Made by a program: the position numbers and the translations under genes
Notes under the pieces: model-generated
Seen by the model: only the letters and a program-made list of their open reading frames with translations
What the model was told of the DNA's origin: nothing
Database searches by the model: none
Assembly (NCBI GenBank): GCA_046761065.1
Contig: JBHIFL010000053.1
Location: 1 to 28,261, forward strand
DNA length: 28,261 nt
Source: Candidatus Heimdallarchaeota archaeon
GTDB lineage: Archaea; Asgardarchaeota; Wukongarchaeia; Wukongarchaeales; JBHIFL01
Direction: 5' to 3'
Part shown: positions 26,537 to 28,261 of the stretch, one piece after another
Layout: each line of letters opens with the position of its first letter
How positions within the stretch are numbered: position 1 is the stretch's first letter

Positions 26537-27445
26537 ATGGAATCACGTCGCAGTAATCTATCCTTAATAAGAAGGGGTTACATGCTGGTAAAGGAACGTA
26601 TGGTAATGAAGAAACCCCAAGTATCGATTGCGAAAGGTGACAATGCCAAGCAGCTGACAATGCAAGTGCTTCGTGATATTCAGGCCTCCAAGGTTGTTGC
26701 ACCTTCGGATAAAATTCTTCTGAAACCGAATTATGTTACCGCAGCTCACCCATCCACTGGGGTCACCACGAGTTCTGAAGTCATGGAGGCTATTATTCAA
26801 TTTCTCAAGGATCATGGCCTTTTGGATATAACCATTGGAGAAGGAGGGGTTCCAGGGAGTACTGAACGAGCATTTGATGTTGTTGGCATTAGAGAGATAG
26901 CAAAAAGACATCAACTCAAACTAGTTAATCTGAATAAAGATAATATGGTTAAAGTGAAAATTCCCAATGCTATGGCTTTGAAGGAGGTTCACATTGCTCG
27001 TACTGTATTGGATGCCACATGTCTCATCTCCGTCCCTAAACTCAAAGTGCATCATATGGCTTATATCACCTGTGGCATGAAGAACATGATGGGCGCCATC
27101 TGGCCGAAGAGCATCATGCATGGGAAGATTCACCAAAAGATTGTCGATTTGACCTCTATCCTTACTCCAAGACTTACAGTTGTAGATGGACTTATCGGTT
27201 CAGAGAAGAATGAAACGTCGGGGAATCCTGTAAAAATGGATCTTATTATCGCTGGGACAGACATGGTGGCAGTTGATGCTGTTTGTGCTAGTGTGATGGG
27301 AATCGATCCAAAAGACATCCAATACTTGCAGCTAGCGACCACTCATGGACTGGGAACTGCCGATTTAAATGCAATTACGATCCTAGGAGAGCAAATCCCA
27401 AATGTTAGGCACGTTTTTGAATTACCAAAAGAACTTCGTATATAA
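26537..27445 (+). CDS. DUF362 domain protein
   Basis: 'ILLKPN', 'GVTT', 'ITIGEG', 'ISVPKLKVH', 'TCGMKNMMG', 'VVDGL.G.E' and 'DMVAVDAV...MG.DP..I.YL'. Start probably 26600 or 26606. Confidence 0.9.
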   Translation: MESRRSNLSLIRRGYMLVKERMVMKKPQVSIAKGDNAKQLTMQVLRDIQASKVVAPSDKILLKPNYVTAAHPSTGVTTSSEVMEAIIQFLKDHGLLDITIGEGGVPGSTERAFDVVGIREIAKRHQLKLVNLNKDNMVKVKIPNAMALKEVHIARTVLDATCLISVPKLKVHHMAYITCGMKNMMGAIWPKSIMHGKIHQKIVDLTSILTPRLTVVDGLIGSEKNETSGNPVKMDLIIAGTDMVAVDAVCASVMGIDPKDIQYLQLATTHGLGTADLNAITILGEQIPNVRHVFELPKELRI

Positions 27446-27553
27446 TTGTTCTGTCCTTTTGAATACTATAACTGGGTTCATATGAAAGGCTTCCAAGCTA
27501 TTCTTTTATTCATTAAGATGGATTAAGTAGCTCCATCCCGCCTTATTTGCTTT

Positions 27554-28150
27554 TTATTCCTCTTCAAAAAGTAATTCGACAACCCATTTGGCGGCTTCCC
27601 CTACCACCTCTGGACATTTGTCGCGATGCGCGCCTGCTTCCTCGAATTGCTTGTATTCTTCAGGATCCCACAAATTGTAGGAACGGCCAAATATTCGTTG
27701 CTGAATGTCATGGCAGGTAGAACTACCATATTCTGCGATAAATCGTTCATGGAGTTTTTTCGTCAGCTTATATGTTTTGAATCGAAATCGCTCAGGATCG
27801 GTTAAATTGTGCCGTTCGCGGCCAAATTTTTGTCCAATTGCCAAGATTCCTCCTGAAAGGGCCCCACATGCTGACAATCCCATCAATCCCATCCCACCAG
27901 CAAATCCTGTCGCAGCCTTGAACACAAGGTCGTTTCTAAGACCAAGGGTTTCTTGAACAGCTAGCAGTACGCATTGAGCACAATTCCCATAAGTTTTTTC
28001 CAATTCAAATCCGAGTTGATATGCTTTTTTTAAAAGCTCATCCTTACGATGTTCTTCTTTGTTTAACATTTCTGATCTGCTCCTAGAAATGTCTCTAATT
28101 GTACCTTCGATTGTTACCGGATATTCTTTTAGATTATAAGAGAGTAACAT
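27554..28150 (-). CDS. C-GCAxxG-C-C family putative redox-active protein
   Basis: 'GNCAQCV', 'GFAGGMG', 'CGALSGG', 'GSSTC' and 'KC': the four-Cys pattern of this family. Likely start is ATG at 28069 (AGGAG upstream). Confidence 0.9.
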   Translation of the reverse strand: MLLSYNLKEYPVTIEGTIRDISRSRSEMLNKEEHRKDELLKKAYQLGFELEKTYGNCAQCVLLAVQETLGLRNDLVFKAATGFAGGMGLMGLSACGALSGGILAIGQKFGRERHNLTDPERFRFKTYKLTKKLHERFIAEYGSSTCHDIQQRIFGRSYNLWDPEEYKQFEEAGAHRDKCPEVVGEAAKWVVELLFEEE

Positions 28151-28261
28151 ATCTTAGTATACTGTAAAAGGTTCTGTAAAAAACCTATTGTTTGCTTCAT
28201 ACATAGGAAATCAGTTTTTTCTTTCAAAGTGATGCCCTTTTTAGAACTGAAAGAAGCTAGT

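Noticed and set aside
27554-28150. Selenoprotein version of the C-GCAxxG-C-C protein
   Set aside because: All motif positions are Cys codons and there is no in-frame TGA.
1-28261. CRISPR array, tRNA/rRNA, IS element or integrase
   Set aside because: By eye I found no regularly spaced repeats, no cloverleaf or T-loop consensus and no transposase or recombinase ORF; a covariance-model scan would be needed to exclude small RNAs fully.

Overview
Gene-dense, AT-rich prokaryotic window that is most likely archaeal. Evidence: a diphthine-ammonia ligase, TATA-like boxes about 25 nt before apparently leaderless starts, GGAGGTG/GGGGTG Shine-Dalgarno motifs and an archaeal-style AGC lipobox. It holds about 25 CDS, dominated by C-N bond chemistry. 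In order: an orphan UxaA-type SAF subunit; a small hypothetical protein; a dCMP deaminase; a translationally coupled Dph6 + class I glutamine amidotransferase pair; a creatininase-family enzyme; a PxpB-PxpC fusion with PxpA; HyuA/HyuB hydantoinase/oxoprolinase; a complete LivKHMGF-type ABC importer; DUF4438; a class II (Ntn) amidotransferase divergent from an M20 peptidase; a SAM methyltransferase; two orphans; a membrane alpha/beta hydrolase; MmgE/PrpD; a metal amidohydrolase; DUF362; and a C-GCAxxG-C-C protein. I saw no rRNA, tRNA, CRISPR array, transposase or recognisable transcription regulator. Best leads: (1) a possible two-subunit, glutamine-dependent diphthamide synthetase; (2) two non-homologous ATP-dependent lactam hydrolases side by side with their own importer, plus a DUG-like gamma-glutamyl module; (3) a three-way-junction RNA-like element before a small Cys-rich ORF. 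All family calls come from motifs recognised by eye, not from database searches.
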